The notes under the pieces were generated by a model. The model saw nothing but the letters and a program-made list of their open reading frames with translations. It made no database searches and was not told the origin of the DNA. A program made the translations under genes and the position numbers. From positions 136,230 through 200,229 of the forward strand of contig CAVYJB010000002.1 of NCBI GenBank assembly GCA_963768835.1: a stretch of 64,000 nt of DNA. The letters are read 5' to 3'. Each line of letters starts with the position of its first letter. Position 1 is the first letter of the stretch. This document shows, in pieces, positions 39,737 to 49,037 of this stretch. This DNA comes from an uncultured bacterium (GTDB lineage: Bacteria > Patescibacteriota > Minisyncoccia > UBA6257 > GWB1-50-10).

Positions 39737-40198
39737 TCACCTGCCGGGAGCGCAGTGGATGCAGGTGCAAACACTCGGATCCGCCATGAATCGTTCAAAA
39801 GGAATGGTCTCCGAGCGGCACTCCAGGCAAATGCCCTGAAACGTTCCTTCCTGTATCCGTCGCTTGTTGCGAAGGAGCTTTTCTAGTTTTTCCTTCTGCA
39901 CCCTCAGTTCAAGATCGGAGGCGTGCTCATCGTATCCTTCCATAGACGTGCTGTAGCGCGCCGGCCCTACGTCACGATCCATCCGATTCCCCTGCTGTTC
40001 TTCGAACATTTTGAGGTTAAATGCAGCCAGTTCAATTTCTTCTTCGATCTTCAATGCAATAATGCCTAGCTGTTCCGGGCCTAAGGGTTTCGGCTTTAGC
40101 TTCTGCGCCTCGGGCCTCGACTGGATGGTCGGTTTCAGTTGGGTCTTTATAAGACTGGGTGTTTTCGCAGCCGCTTTCCCCGCGTCGGCTCTTCGCAT
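39737..40198 (-). CDS. DksA/TraR-like C4 zinc-finger protein
   Basis: RIQEGTFQGICLEC...I..ER..A.P....CIHC; AAGGAG RBS. Confidence 0.75.
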   Translation of the reverse strand: MRRADAGKAAAKTPSLIKTQLKPTIQSRPEAQKLKPKPLGPEQLGIIALKIEEEIELAAFNLKMFEEQQGNRMDRDVGPARYSTSMEGYDEHASDLELRVQKEKLEKLLRNKRRIQEGTFQGICLECRSETIPFERFMADPSVCTCIHCAPGR

Positions 40199-40333
40199 AG
40201 CAAGACACTCCTTATATAGGTGGGTTGATGGGTTGTGAAAGGACTTTGGAACCGCAGGGCCCATTATCCCACAAGAAAACAACGGCCGTCAAACGGTCGG
40301 AGACGTTTCGTTATACAATCCTGTTTATCGGTG

Positions 40334-40404
40334 TCGGGCCGCCCGGATTTGAACCGAGACTAAATCCTCCCAAAGGACTCGTGCTACCGTTACACCACGG
40401 CCCG
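40334..40404 (-). tRNA. tRNA-Pro(TGG)
   Basis: CGGGCCGTGGTGTAACGG...TTTGGGA...GGTTCAAATCC. Confidence 0.93.
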
Positions 40405-40484
40405 TTGCCCTCCAGTGTATAAGAGAACCATAGCAACCGCAATCGCTTGAAGAGTGCCAATGAGTCCGTTACCATTCAGCGAAG

Positions 40485-40558
40485 GCCCCCGTAGCTCAAC
40501 TGGATAGAGCAAGCGGCTTCTATCCGCTAGGTTCCAGGTTCAAATCCTGGCGGGGGCA
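40485..40558 (+). tRNA. tRNA-Arg(TCT)
   Basis: GCCCCCGTAGCTCAACTGGATAGAGC...CTTCTAT...GGTTCAAATCC. Confidence 0.95.
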
Positions 40559-40574
40559 CTAGAGATTAGCATTT

Positions 40575-41342
40575 TTAACGACTCCGCTTGAGAAGCGAGA
40601 GCAGAAAGAAGAACGCGCTTACAAGGACGGTCGCGATGCCCGCTCCGATGGTAGTCGCAGCGCCGATGAAAAGCCCTGCGGTAAGAGCGGAAATCGCGAT
40701 AACGACGCTCCAAATAACGAAGCCACGGAAGTTCGAGGCAAGGTTCCGCGCGGTGACTGCCGGGATGATGGAGAGGGCACTCATAAGGAGAACGCCCACG
40801 AAACTAATACCTATCGAGATGGTGATGGCGATAAGGATAAGGAGCAGGAGCTCCATCCGGGGTTCGCGGGTGCGTTCCGCTGCGGCAAGATCCGGTGCGA
40901 TAGCCGTGAGCACTAAGGGTTTTAGGTAACGGGTCGCAACGAAGAGGATGACGAGCGCGATAGCGGACAGTGCTATGAGCTCGGGACTGGTGATACGCTC
41001 CACACTTCCGAAGAACGCTTCCAAAAGGTCCGTCTGGGGGATAAGGAGCGCTCCCACTGCGAGTGCGGTCACAAAGAGGACGCCGGTGATGGACTCGATG
41101 GCGAGCCGCGTTTTATGCTCGATGACCCAGATGAGGAGAACTCCGACGAAAAGGAACGCGACCCCGCCCCAGAGCGGCTGGAAATGGAGGACAACGCCGA
41201 GTGCGATGCCGGGAAGCGCGACATGGGAAAGGGCGTCCGAGAGAAGGGTCATTTTCCGGAGCACAAGAAGTGACCCCACAAGACCGCTCGCGGCAGCGAC
41301 GAGGACGCCGGCAATCACTGTAAGGGGAAGGGATTCAGGCAT
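40575..41342 (-). CDS. metal (Zn/Mn) ABC transporter permease
   Basis: DALSHVALPGIALG and VGVLLMSAL.IIPA. Confidence 0.92.
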   Translation of the reverse strand: MPESLPLTVIAGVLVAAASGLVGSLLVLRKMTLLSDALSHVALPGIALGVVLHFQPLWGGVAFLFVGVLLIWVIEHKTRLAIESITGVLFVTALAVGALLIPQTDLLEAFFGSVERITSPELIALSAIALVILFVATRYLKPLVLTAIAPDLAAAERTREPRMELLLLILIAITISIGISFVGVLLMSALSIIPAVTARNLASNFRGFVIWSVVIAISALTAGLFIGAATTIGAGIATVLVSAFFFLLSLLKRSR

Positions 41343-42048
41343 GGTCAGAAGGGCCTTGGAAATGATGGTGATGGAAGAAAGCGTGGTCTCCGTAGAGCTC
41401 CGAGAGCCGCGCAGTCGTAAGAGAAGACTCCGGTTCGCCGTAGCAGATCATTTTCTCATTAAGACAAACGACTCGGTTTGCATAGCGATATACGACATGG
41501 AGGTCATGAGAAACGATGAGGAGGGCCACATGGAGAGTGTCCTGCAGGTGATGGAGGAGGGTGTAGATAGAATCCTGGCCTACTACATCCACATTTTCTG
41601 TCGGCTCGTCAAAGAGAAGAACCTGGGGTTTATCAAAAATAGACCAAGCAAGAAGCACTTTCTGCAGTTGGCCGCTTGAAAGATGCGCGAGACTTCGCGT
41701 CGTCCAAGTCGCATCCATCCCTGCCAGCGTAAGAACTTCATGCAATGGGTACGATTGGAGAGGCTTCAGACGAAGGAACTCTCCAACTGTCATCGGAAGG
41801 TAGTGGTCCACATGGAATCGCTGGGGGAGATAACCAATCTTCGTGCCGGGCTTCCATGTTACACTGCCGGCGGTCGGCAGATAGATGCCCGCAAGAGTTT
41901 TGAGGAGCACAGATTTCCCGGCACCGTTTGGACCGATGATAGCGACAACCTCCTCTGGGTTCAGAACGAAAGTGACACCGTCGATGGCCACCTTGCCGTC
42001 GAACGCGACGGTGAGGTTTTGTATTGAGAGAAGAGGGGAAGCGTCCAT
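41335..42048 (-). CDS. metal ABC transporter ATP-binding protein
   Basis: GPNGAGKS, IGYLPQ, LSSGQLQ, DEPT, SHDL; His-rich tail. Confidence 0.92.
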   Translation of the reverse strand: MDASPLLSIQNLTVAFDGKVAIDGVTFVLNPEEVVAIIGPNGAGKSVLLKTLAGIYLPTAGSVTWKPGTKIGYLPQRFHVDHYLPMTVGEFLRLKPLQSYPLHEVLTLAGMDATWTTRSLAHLSSGQLQKVLLAWSIFDKPQVLLFDEPTENVDVVGQDSIYTLLHHLQDTLHVALLIVSHDLHVVYRYANRVVCLNEKMICYGEPESSLTTARLSELYGDHAFFHHHHFQGPSDHA

Positions 42049-42119
42049 TGGATTTGATTATAGCTCCTATAACATTACCACGCTCGTGTGATGAGACGAG
42101 CGTACAAAAGTTCCATACA

Positions 42120-42194
42120 TGGTGCCGCGGGAGGGAATTGAACCCCCGACGCCAGCCTCTTCAGGGCTGCGCTCTACCACTGAGCTACCGCGGC
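42120..42194 (-). tRNA. tRNA-Phe(GAA), CCA encoded
   Basis: GCCGCGGTAGCTCAGTGGTAGAGC...CTGAAGA...GGTTCAATTCC. Confidence 0.96.
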
Positions 42195-42288
42195 GGTGTG
42201 GGATTTCAAACTGCAGGATTAATGTACACCAACGCCCGGACAGATTCAACGGTTTCCAGCGGTTTCTGTATGGTTTATACTTAGCTTT

Positions 42289-42621
42289 ATGGAAGATCTC
42301 ACCAAGAAAAAATGTGTGCCGTGCGAGGGAGATGCGATGCCTCTAGATAAGGAGCGGGCAGGTGGCTATCTCCGGATGGCACCAAGATGGACGCTTGACG
42401 TATCGGGGAAGAAGATCTACCGCGCATTCCCCTTCAAGGATTTTGCGGAAGCAATGGTGTTTGTGAACAAAGTTGCGGGCATTGCGGAGGGGGAAGGGCA
42501 TCACCCCGATATCTATATTTTCTACAACAAGGTGAACCTCGAGCTTTGGACCCACAACATCGGAGGGCTTTCCGAGAACGATTTCATCGTGGCTGCCAAA
42601 GTGAATGAAGTGATGCCGTAA
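42289..42621 (+). CDS. 4a-hydroxytetrahydrobiopterin dehydratase
   Basis: CVPCEG, HHPD, THNIGGLSENDFI.AAK. Confidence 0.93.
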   Translation: MEDLTKKKCVPCEGDAMPLDKERAGGYLRMAPRWTLDVSGKKIYRAFPFKDFAEAMVFVNKVAGIAEGEGHHPDIYIFYNKVNLELWTHNIGGLSENDFIVAAKVNEVMP

Positions 42622-42736
42622 AAGTATCCGCGCACGTGAAGCAGGGACGGTGTTCACCCTTCCCCTATGCGGATGTGCTCCAAGTCAGGAACGTTTCCAA
42701 CAAAGCCCCGCACTGAGCGGGACTTTTATATGCCAT

Positions 42737-42884
42737 CCAGAAAACCACGGGCGTAAGCCCGTGGATGAAGGCACCCCGCGGTCTTCTTCAGCGCTACCTC
42801 TGCCTGCAGGAGAGGGAAGACCGCGGGCAAGCGAAGCTTGTACTCTCCTCCCAGAAACCACGGGCGTGAGCCCGTGGAGTTTCA
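42737..42884 (+). mobile_element. putative non-autonomous IS200/IS605-family remnant (two subterminal palindromes)
   Basis: CCACGGGCGT(A/G)AGCCCGTGG at 42745-42764 and 42858-42877, internal CCGCGGTCTTC/GAAGACCGCGG stem, ends GAGTTTCA. Confidence 0.5.
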
Positions 42885-43604
42885 TTTCAAAGGAGGGCGA
42901 GGAGGGAACGCAGGGGGTTTTGTGGGGGTGCCTACTTCAGGAGAGGCATTTTCATCCATAGATACATCAGTTTCCTCAATATTATCGTTTAAACGCTCCT
43001 CAAAACCGATAGCTCGGCCAAGGGCCCGTCTCAGGAAGTGCTCTCCGAGGAACACAAGGATCAAGATGACAACAATCCCGACCTCGACGTTCCGGAAAAT
43101 GCGCTGGGTTTTGAGGTAACTCAGACCCGTCATTAGGAAGTACGCTATGCCCGTCATCGATATGAACCATAGCAGTACCGTCCAGAGGTAGTTCTTGAAA
43201 AAGGTCGCGAACCGCACACGCGACCACCCCGTGAGGAGCAGCATCGCGAAGTTCATTGTGGGGAGGAACCGGACGATAAGAAAAAGCTTCCCGATATTCT
43301 TCTTCAGATAATAGGAATAGAGCTGGATGCGCCGATTGGGTTTCAGGCGCCGGTAGAATCGCCACCCGAAGCGCGTTACCCGGAGCGTGCGACCGATAAG
43401 ATACACCAGCGTCTCACCCACGAAGAGCGCGCCGAGAGCAGTCGCGATAAACTCGTTCCAGGAAAGGAACCGGTTGATGACGAGATAGACAGAAAGAAGG
43501 AGAGTCAGTTCTCCCTGGAGAAGGATACCGATACCGACGATGAGGTAACCCCAGGAGGGGTGTTGGCCCAGGAGTGTTCCTAGGGTGTCCACAAGATTGT
43601 TCAC
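42882..43604 (-). CDS. DedA/SNARE-associated family membrane protein
   Basis: QGEL.LL, GETLVYLIGR, RFLP motifs; GTG start. Confidence 0.75.
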   Translation of the reverse strand: MNNLVDTLGTLLGQHPSWGYLIVGIGILLQGELTLLLSVYLVINRFLSWNEFIATALGALFVGETLVYLIGRTLRVTRFGWRFYRRLKPNRRIQLYSYYLKKNIGKLFLIVRFLPTMNFAMLLLTGWSRVRFATFFKNYLWTVLLWFISMTGIAYFLMTGLSYLKTQRIFRNVEVGIVVILILVFLGEHFLRRALGRAIGFEERLNDNIEETDVSMDENASPEVGTPTKPPAFPPRPPLK

Positions 43605-43640
43605 ACGCCTATTATATCGTACAATCAATATGCGATTGCA

Positions 43641-44066
43641 ATGCATATCGACGAAAACAACATAAAATTCAAGGCAGTTCGAGCGAGCGGCCCTGGCGGC
43701 CAAAATGTGAATCGGCGGTCCACCAAAGTTCAGATCTGGGTAGAGGTTGGGAAGCTTGGTCTCACAGAAGAGGAGGAAAAGCGGATTCGAGAAAAACTAG
43801 CTCATCGTTTAAACCAGCGGGATGAACTTGAGGTGGTCGTCGAAGACCAGCGCTCGCAAGAGGAGAACCGAGACATCGCCCTCGAACGATTGCGAACGAT
43901 GATAGAAGAAGCCCTTCGGGTCCCTCCGGAACGAATCCCGACCGAGGCGCCTCCGCATGTGGAGCGTGGTCGGGTTGTGCGAAAAAAAGCTACCGGGGCG
44001 AAGAAAGAAGAACGTACCACGCCATGGGAGGAGGTGGCAGAGGAAGAAGAAGGGAAACGGGCCTAA
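43641..44066 (+). CDS. arfB: alternative ribosome-rescue peptidyl-tRNA hydrolase ArfB
   Basis: RASGPGGQNVN and RSQ..NR..A..RL plus basic tail. Confidence 0.9.
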   Translation: MHIDENNIKFKAVRASGPGGQNVNRRSTKVQIWVEVGKLGLTEEEEKRIREKLAHRLNQRDELEVVVEDQRSQEENRDIALERLRTMIEEALRVPPERIPTEAPPHVERGRVVRKKATGAKKEERTTPWEEVAEEEEGKRA

Positions 44067-44142
44067 TGGCTGTTCGCAGCGGTTTGAAAAGTCTGCTGTC
44101 GAGGGATAAGATGAGGCCACGGAATACGGGGGTATTCCGAAT

Positions 44143-44214
44143 GGTGCCTATAGTGTAGCGGTAACACAGGAGTCTGTGGCACTCCTATCACGGGTTCGAA
44201 TCCCGTTAGGCACC
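44143..44214 (+). tRNA. tRNA-His(GTG) with G-1; integration target of the island
   Basis: G-GTGCCTA / TAGGCAC-C acceptor stem, CTGTGGC loop, GGTTCGAATCC. Confidence 0.96.
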
Positions 44215-45045
44215 CAAGAAGGGATTTTGCGAGTAGAGAACGGCCATTTGTCTTTTCTCCATCGCATTTTCCGGAGGTTCTAACCGCTCATGAATGGCTC
44301 TGACCTCAACAGCCGCCTCTTCGATGTAGTTCAGTGGTTTTACTAGGGAAACACTAAGCTTTCCGCCCATGAGGGAGAGGTTCGAACCAAAATCCGCCAG
44401 GATTGATTTTTTCGCCTGCCAATCATCCTTAGCCTTTTCAAACTTAGTTTTCGCGTCCCTTGCGAAGCTGAGGGCCTTCTCGGCTTTCTCAAGCCATTTA
44501 TCAACATTTCGATCCGCGTCGTTCAGAATCTCCTGCAACCGCGCCTTCTCGCCGAGTAGCCGCGCTTTTTGGTCCGCGAATTCCTTTTCATCGAGCTCCT
44601 TGTTTATCCGCATCTCGAGGAGTGATTCTAGTTTACGGACAACCTTATCGTATTCTCTCCGCTGATTGGTGAGGATCGTCTCTCTGTCCGCCCTCTCGTG
44701 TTCTGTCTCACTTTTCAAAACCTCGATAGCCCAGTCGTAAAAATCCCGTGGAATCTCGATCCGTCCGAGCTCGCGGACGATTTGCGTCTCAAGCTCTTTT
44801 TCGGGAATCGGTTTTTGGGAACAGAAACCTTTTCTCTTGGTACAGCGATAGTACGTGTAGCGGTGAACATTGCCGTTTACCTGGTGTTTTACCTTCTCCT
44901 CGGCGGTCACCATACAACCGCACTCTCCGCACCGTATAAACCCCGTAAACGCGAAATTATGCGTCTTGGGGCGTGGTTTGTTGGCGTTCCCGAGTATGTA
45001 CTGGGCCTCGTCGAACTCCCCCTTGGTGAGCATTCGGTCGTGTGC
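44206..45045 (-). pseudogene. large serine recombinase, 5'-truncated (end of recombinase domain, zinc ribbon, coiled coil)
   Basis: H..ML....F...Q, FTGFIRCGECG, YTYYRC...C, GSNL motifs; no catalytic Y.RVS domain; the track ORF's first ~40 aa are antisense of the neighbouring gene. Confidence 0.88.
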
Positions 45046-45047
45046 CC

Positions 45048-45536
45048 GAGACTGTAACGGAAGGGATTGTGAGCGGAATTGTTCCTGGCCCGATTTATAA
45101 AACCAATGCGGCGATTGACCACGGCAATTCCGGCGGTATCGCCATATTAAATAAGAATGATTGTTCACTTGGCATCCCGACCTTGGGCGTTTCCGGTCTT
45201 ACGGCGGGAATCGGCTACATTCAATCGTATTCTCTTGCCAGCCAACCAATAATCTATTCACAACCCTCTGTTGCTCCCTCCACCCCTCCCGCCCCGGCCA
45301 ATCCAAGGCAATTCACTGTATTCGGTCAAGGCTTTTGCGCTGATACCGGTGGTGCAACTTTGACGATTGGCGGCACATGGGTCCCAGATAAATATATTCT
45401 TTCGTGGACCGACAATAGCATCACATTTGTAGTTCCAGATTCTATAGCGAGAGGGAACTACGATGTCCAAATCCTTGGGGCACGGGGCACTGCATATTGT
45501 CCAGCAGCCTCGGGAGGCAGAATCAATGTTCCATAA
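45048..45536 (+). pseudogene. 5'-truncated trypsin-like serine protease fused to IPT/TIG-like domain
   Basis: TVTEGIVSG...TNAAIDHGNSGG present but catalytic His/Asp region missing; G.GF...SWTDNSI.F.VP. Confidence 0.75.
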
Positions 45537-45596
45537 AGACGGGCACAGATCTGTTTACGGGCTTAAAAAAACTAAAGGCCGTATCCAAACAATAAT

Positions 45597-46091
45597 ATGA
45601 CTCTCATGAAAAAATTAATCGTATTGGTTTCGCTGGGCCTCCTATTGCCCTCCTTCGTCGTCGGGGCGACACTCAATCGCAATCTCTCCATTGGTATGAC
45701 CGGAACGGATGTATCTTGGCTTCAGCAATTCCTTACCTACGACGGTGTCTACAGCGGACCAATTACCGGGACCTTCGGTCTTCTCACGAGAAATGCAGTA
45801 GTCGCATTCCAGGTGCAAGAGGGTATTTCACCAACGAACGGCTATTTCGGCCCCCTCACCCGCGCCGATGAGATTAAGGTCCTAGCGGCTCACCCGGACT
45901 GGACGACGTCGCTCTCCAACGGCAACTCCTACTCGAATGTGAATGGAAACCCCGTCCACTCTCCTGCTTACTCCTCTAATGGGGTTCCAGCTGGCGCAAC
46001 CGCACAGTGCCGAGACCTAACGTATAGTTTTAGCCTGCATCGTAGCGGTACATGTTCTTATCACGGAGGTGTACTGCATTGGTTGTACTAA
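45597..46091 (+). CDS. secreted peptidoglycan-binding protein with DUF3761-like C-terminus
   Basis: L..G..G.DV..LQ.FL...G.FG..TR.AV..FQ; GATAQCRD..YSFS..RSGTCS.HGGV..W. Confidence 0.85.
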   Translation: MTLMKKLIVLVSLGLLLPSFVVGATLNRNLSIGMTGTDVSWLQQFLTYDGVYSGPITGTFGLLTRNAVVAFQVQEGISPTNGYFGPLTRADEIKVLAAHPDWTTSLSNGNSYSNVNGNPVHSPAYSSNGVPAGATAQCRDLTYSFSLHRSGTCSYHGGVLHWLY

Positions 46092-46097
46092 AAATGG

Positions 46098-46471
46098 ATG
46101 AGTAGTTGGCTGAAAGAAAATTGGTTTAAAGCGGGAATACTGTCCCTTCTCCTACTGGTTACGATTGGTGGGTTCTTTTGGTATGAAGTTCGCCCGGCGA
46201 TAATCAGAAATGAGTGCTCTTGGACCGTCGAGCATGTACCGGCCATAACAGAAATCACTCCAGATGAAGCAAAAACTCTGCAAGAACAATGCTTAGAGGA
46301 GCAAAAAAACCAGGCGCCTTCAGGGAAATTTCTCAACTTGTTCCCCCCGGAGATGAGGCTGCTTCTTGTTTGAATAACAACCAACGAAGACCCGCGCAAG
46401 AAGCCAAGGATTTACCACGGAAAACGAGTGAGGACGAGTACAAATTTTGCATTCGTAACAAAGGACTGTGA
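46098..46471 (+). pseudogene. frameshifted membrane-anchored protein
   Basis: 46098-46373 ORF appears to continue in another frame to YKFCIRNKGL*; C6 run at 46343-46348. Confidence 0.5.
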
Positions 46472-46509
46472 TCCCCACCCCACGCGAGGAGGTGATAGAA
46501 TGAGACCAC

Positions 46510-46998
46510 ATGGGCAGTACCCGCTTCTCACATGAACTAATTAAGGGGAAGATAGCGGAACTCATTTTCGAGCTGATGTTCCGCGAGTCAGGGAGATTCA
46601 CGACACTTCGGTTCGGTTATGAGTACACCCTCCCCGAGCTAGCGCAGTACCAGCATCTCGTTGAGGTTAAGAAGGTTTTGGATAATATCCGCAATGCGCC
46701 AGATTTCATCCTGATTTCGAACGCCACGGAGAAGAAAGCGGTTTATATTGTTGAGGTCAAATACCGGACGAGGCGTGACCCGAAGGAGATTAAGGAAATC
46801 GCCGAGAACACGCTCAAGACCTGGGACCCGTCATGGCTGTTTGTCGCTTCGCCAGACGGGTTTTTCTTCGAGCCCTGTCATACGGTGATGAAGAACGAGG
46901 GGAACATTGGTCCGCTATATGAAACGTGGGTTCCTAGGCCAATCATGAACAAGTACCTCGAACTGCTCAAGGACTTTGAGCACGGTGAGGACCGGTAG
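46510..46998 (+). CDS. putative PD-(D/E)XK nuclease-fold protein
   Basis: G.IAE...PDFIL...IVEVKYR. Confidence 0.65.
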   Translation: MGSTRFSHELIKGKIAELIFELMFRESGRFTTLRFGYEYTLPELAQYQHLVEVKKVLDNIRNAPDFILISNATEKKAVYIVEVKYRTRRDPKEIKEIAENTLKTWDPSWLFVASPDGFFFEPCHTVMKNEGNIGPLYETWVPRPIMNKYLELLKDFEHGEDR

Positions 46999-47023
46999 GA
47001 GGTCGGAGTGATAGAATTTAACT

Positions 47024-47866
47024 ATGGCGAGACAAGGACACTCTCAGAAGGAAGATCCCTTCGAACTGTACCTTAGGGGGGTTTTCACCCTGGCTGTTCT
47101 GGGTTTAGGTTGGTACATTCTAGAGAATCCGAAGAAATCGGTAACCATATTAGTAGCGGTTCTCGTTGTCATCCTCCTGTTTGTCGTTTTGAGGATATGG
47201 TGGCGCAGAAAACACTTCAATGATCTATTAGAGAAACTAAGGAATTCCCCCGGACAAGAAGATGCTGTCAAAAGGTTTATCGCAATATCTGGCTCCGAGA
47301 AGGGGAGGGGAGAAGATTTCGTGAGCATCCGAGGCCATAAGTTCAGGAGGTACGACATTGAAGATCTGACAAACACGTTAAGAAAGAATGGCGTACCCGC
47401 AAGGGAGAAAGATGTTTCGAGGCTTCTTGAGCATTATATCCGAGAAAGAGGAGAGGGATTTATCAGTGGGCTCGGCAGTGTTTCTAAAGAGCCTCAGAGA
47501 TTCGCGAGTTTGTCTCCATACCAGTTCGAGCAGCTCCTCGTTCGCCTTTTCCAGGCGATGGGATATGAAGCCCGACACCAGGGTAGGCCGGGCGATCAGG
47601 GAGGTGACGTAATCGCTGTCAAAGGAGGTGAGAAACTTTTGATACAAGCCAAGCGTTATGGTGACCAAGACCCCACCGGGAATGCCGCCGTCCAGCAAGC
47701 GTTTACAGCGATGAGCATCTACAACTGCAATGAATCAATGGTGGTCACGACCTCCTATTTTACGCCAGAGGCCAGGGAGGCAGCCAAAACAACCCGGACC
47801 TATCTTGCCGAAAAGAAAGAACTGCAAAAATGGCTTCAAGAATATCTGAAGGAAGACTGGTTCTAA
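47024..47866 (+). CDS. Mrr-family restriction endonuclease with N-terminal TM helices
   Basis: FEQLL..LF..MGY, DQGGDV, IQAKRY, VTTSYFT.EA. Confidence 0.88.
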   Translation: MARQGHSQKEDPFELYLRGVFTLAVLGLGWYILENPKKSVTILVAVLVVILLFVVLRIWWRRKHFNDLLEKLRNSPGQEDAVKRFIAISGSEKGRGEDFVSIRGHKFRRYDIEDLTNTLRKNGVPAREKDVSRLLEHYIRERGEGFISGLGSVSKEPQRFASLSPYQFEQLLVRLFQAMGYEARHQGRPGDQGGDVIAVKGGEKLLIQAKRYGDQDPTGNAAVQQAFTAMSIYNCNESMVVTTSYFTPEAREAAKTTRTYLAEKKELQKWLQEYLKEDWF

Positions 47867-47992
47867 ATCTCGACCGAGAAGGGTTGCCTGGGTAAGGCAT
47901 AAGACCGTTCGAATATTGTCCAGTCGACGAACCTGATACCCCTGAATATTGCTGCAATCGCCTTTGCGCAGGGGCGGTAGTTCCTAACTCCA

Positions 47993-48904
47993 ATGGAAAA
48001 CGAACCCGATAGAACTCAACAACCGGCCCCGGTTAAGACCAAAAAGAAGTGGAACCGAGGGCTTGGTGGATTTATTGTGAGTGGTTTAATTTACGCGTTT
48101 GCACAGGAGAGTTTCAACAAATCAGGAGTCGACGCGGCTATTATTCTTGCTGTTGCACTTGGAGCGTGGCCGCTATACTACTTTCTCAAATCCAAGATAA
48201 GAGAAAGTGAGTGGGTAAGAATCGTTGTCGCCTTTCTTATTATTGAAATAATCGCCGGGTTCTTGATTGGATTTTCTATTCGGATGACGGATAGATTTTC
48301 GGCAACTGCTGTTGGCGCTCCGAGTTTGGCGCCGACCGCGGTTAAGAAAGATGTTAATCAAGAAAGCCCTACGGCTCCCACTGGAACCCTTAACTATGAT
48401 GCCCTTATCAACGATGCCTTGTCTAACCTACAAACAAAGCAGGGCAACCTCGAAACTGTTTTGTCCACCAGTAAATATACTTCGTATAAATACAGCGCCT
48501 TGTTGGGACAGTTAGTATTTACCGATCCCTCAACGAACGACAGGCTAACCGCCGAAGTACAGGACATAGGCGGTTTGGCGCCCGACAAGGACGGCAAGGA
48601 AACATGGATGTGGTCTTGGGCTAATGACTCCGTGCCCTCCGATATGGCGAAAGATTCTTCAGGAGTTAAGCAATTTGGCACCATTCATAATCAAGAGATA
48701 AGAAACGCGCCAACCAACAAGGCGTTATTAGGTCGCAATCCTCTAACGGAGGGGGTATTTATTTCTGACGACGTAGACGCCCTTGATCTTACCGCTGTAA
48801 CACTCTACCTAGCTGGCGGTGAAGGAATCTACAAGGTGCCGTTTACTAACGATAATGGGAATGCGGTTGAATACTTATTAATAAAAGACTTCTTGGGTCG
48901 GTAA
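47993..48904 (+). CDS. membrane protein with DUF6882-like C-terminal domain
   Basis: 3 TM, then G.L.F...VQ.IG...TWMWSWAN. Confidence 0.65.
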   Translation: MENEPDRTQQPAPVKTKKKWNRGLGGFIVSGLIYAFAQESFNKSGVDAAIILAVALGAWPLYYFLKSKIRESEWVRIVVAFLIIEIIAGFLIGFSIRMTDRFSATAVGAPSLAPTAVKKDVNQESPTAPTGTLNYDALINDALSNLQTKQGNLETVLSTSKYTSYKYSALLGQLVFTDPSTNDRLTAEVQDIGGLAPDKDGKETWMWSWANDSVPSDMAKDSSGVKQFGTIHNQEIRNAPTNKALLGRNPLTEGVFISDDVDALDLTAVTLYLAGGEGIYKVPFTNDNGNAVEYLLIKDFLGR

Positions 48905-48984
48905 GAAAGAATAGACTCGATCGAAAGGAACCCCCCAGCTGTCAACGAAACTATGGTGAGTGGCATGGTGGGGTACCCCTAAAA

Positions 48985-49015
48985 ACAGGTTCTAACGTCC
49001 TCCACCAGGGGCTGT
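48985..49015 (+). repeat. att-like repeat R1
   Basis: ACAGGTTCTAACGTCCTCCACCAGGGGCTGT. Confidence 0.85.
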
Positions 49016-49037
49016 CCTACCTGGACTATTCTATTCC

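Noticed and set aside
45046-45168. N-terminal extension of the 320-aa recombinase ORF
   Set aside because: It is the antisense of the protease fragment and not recombinase-like
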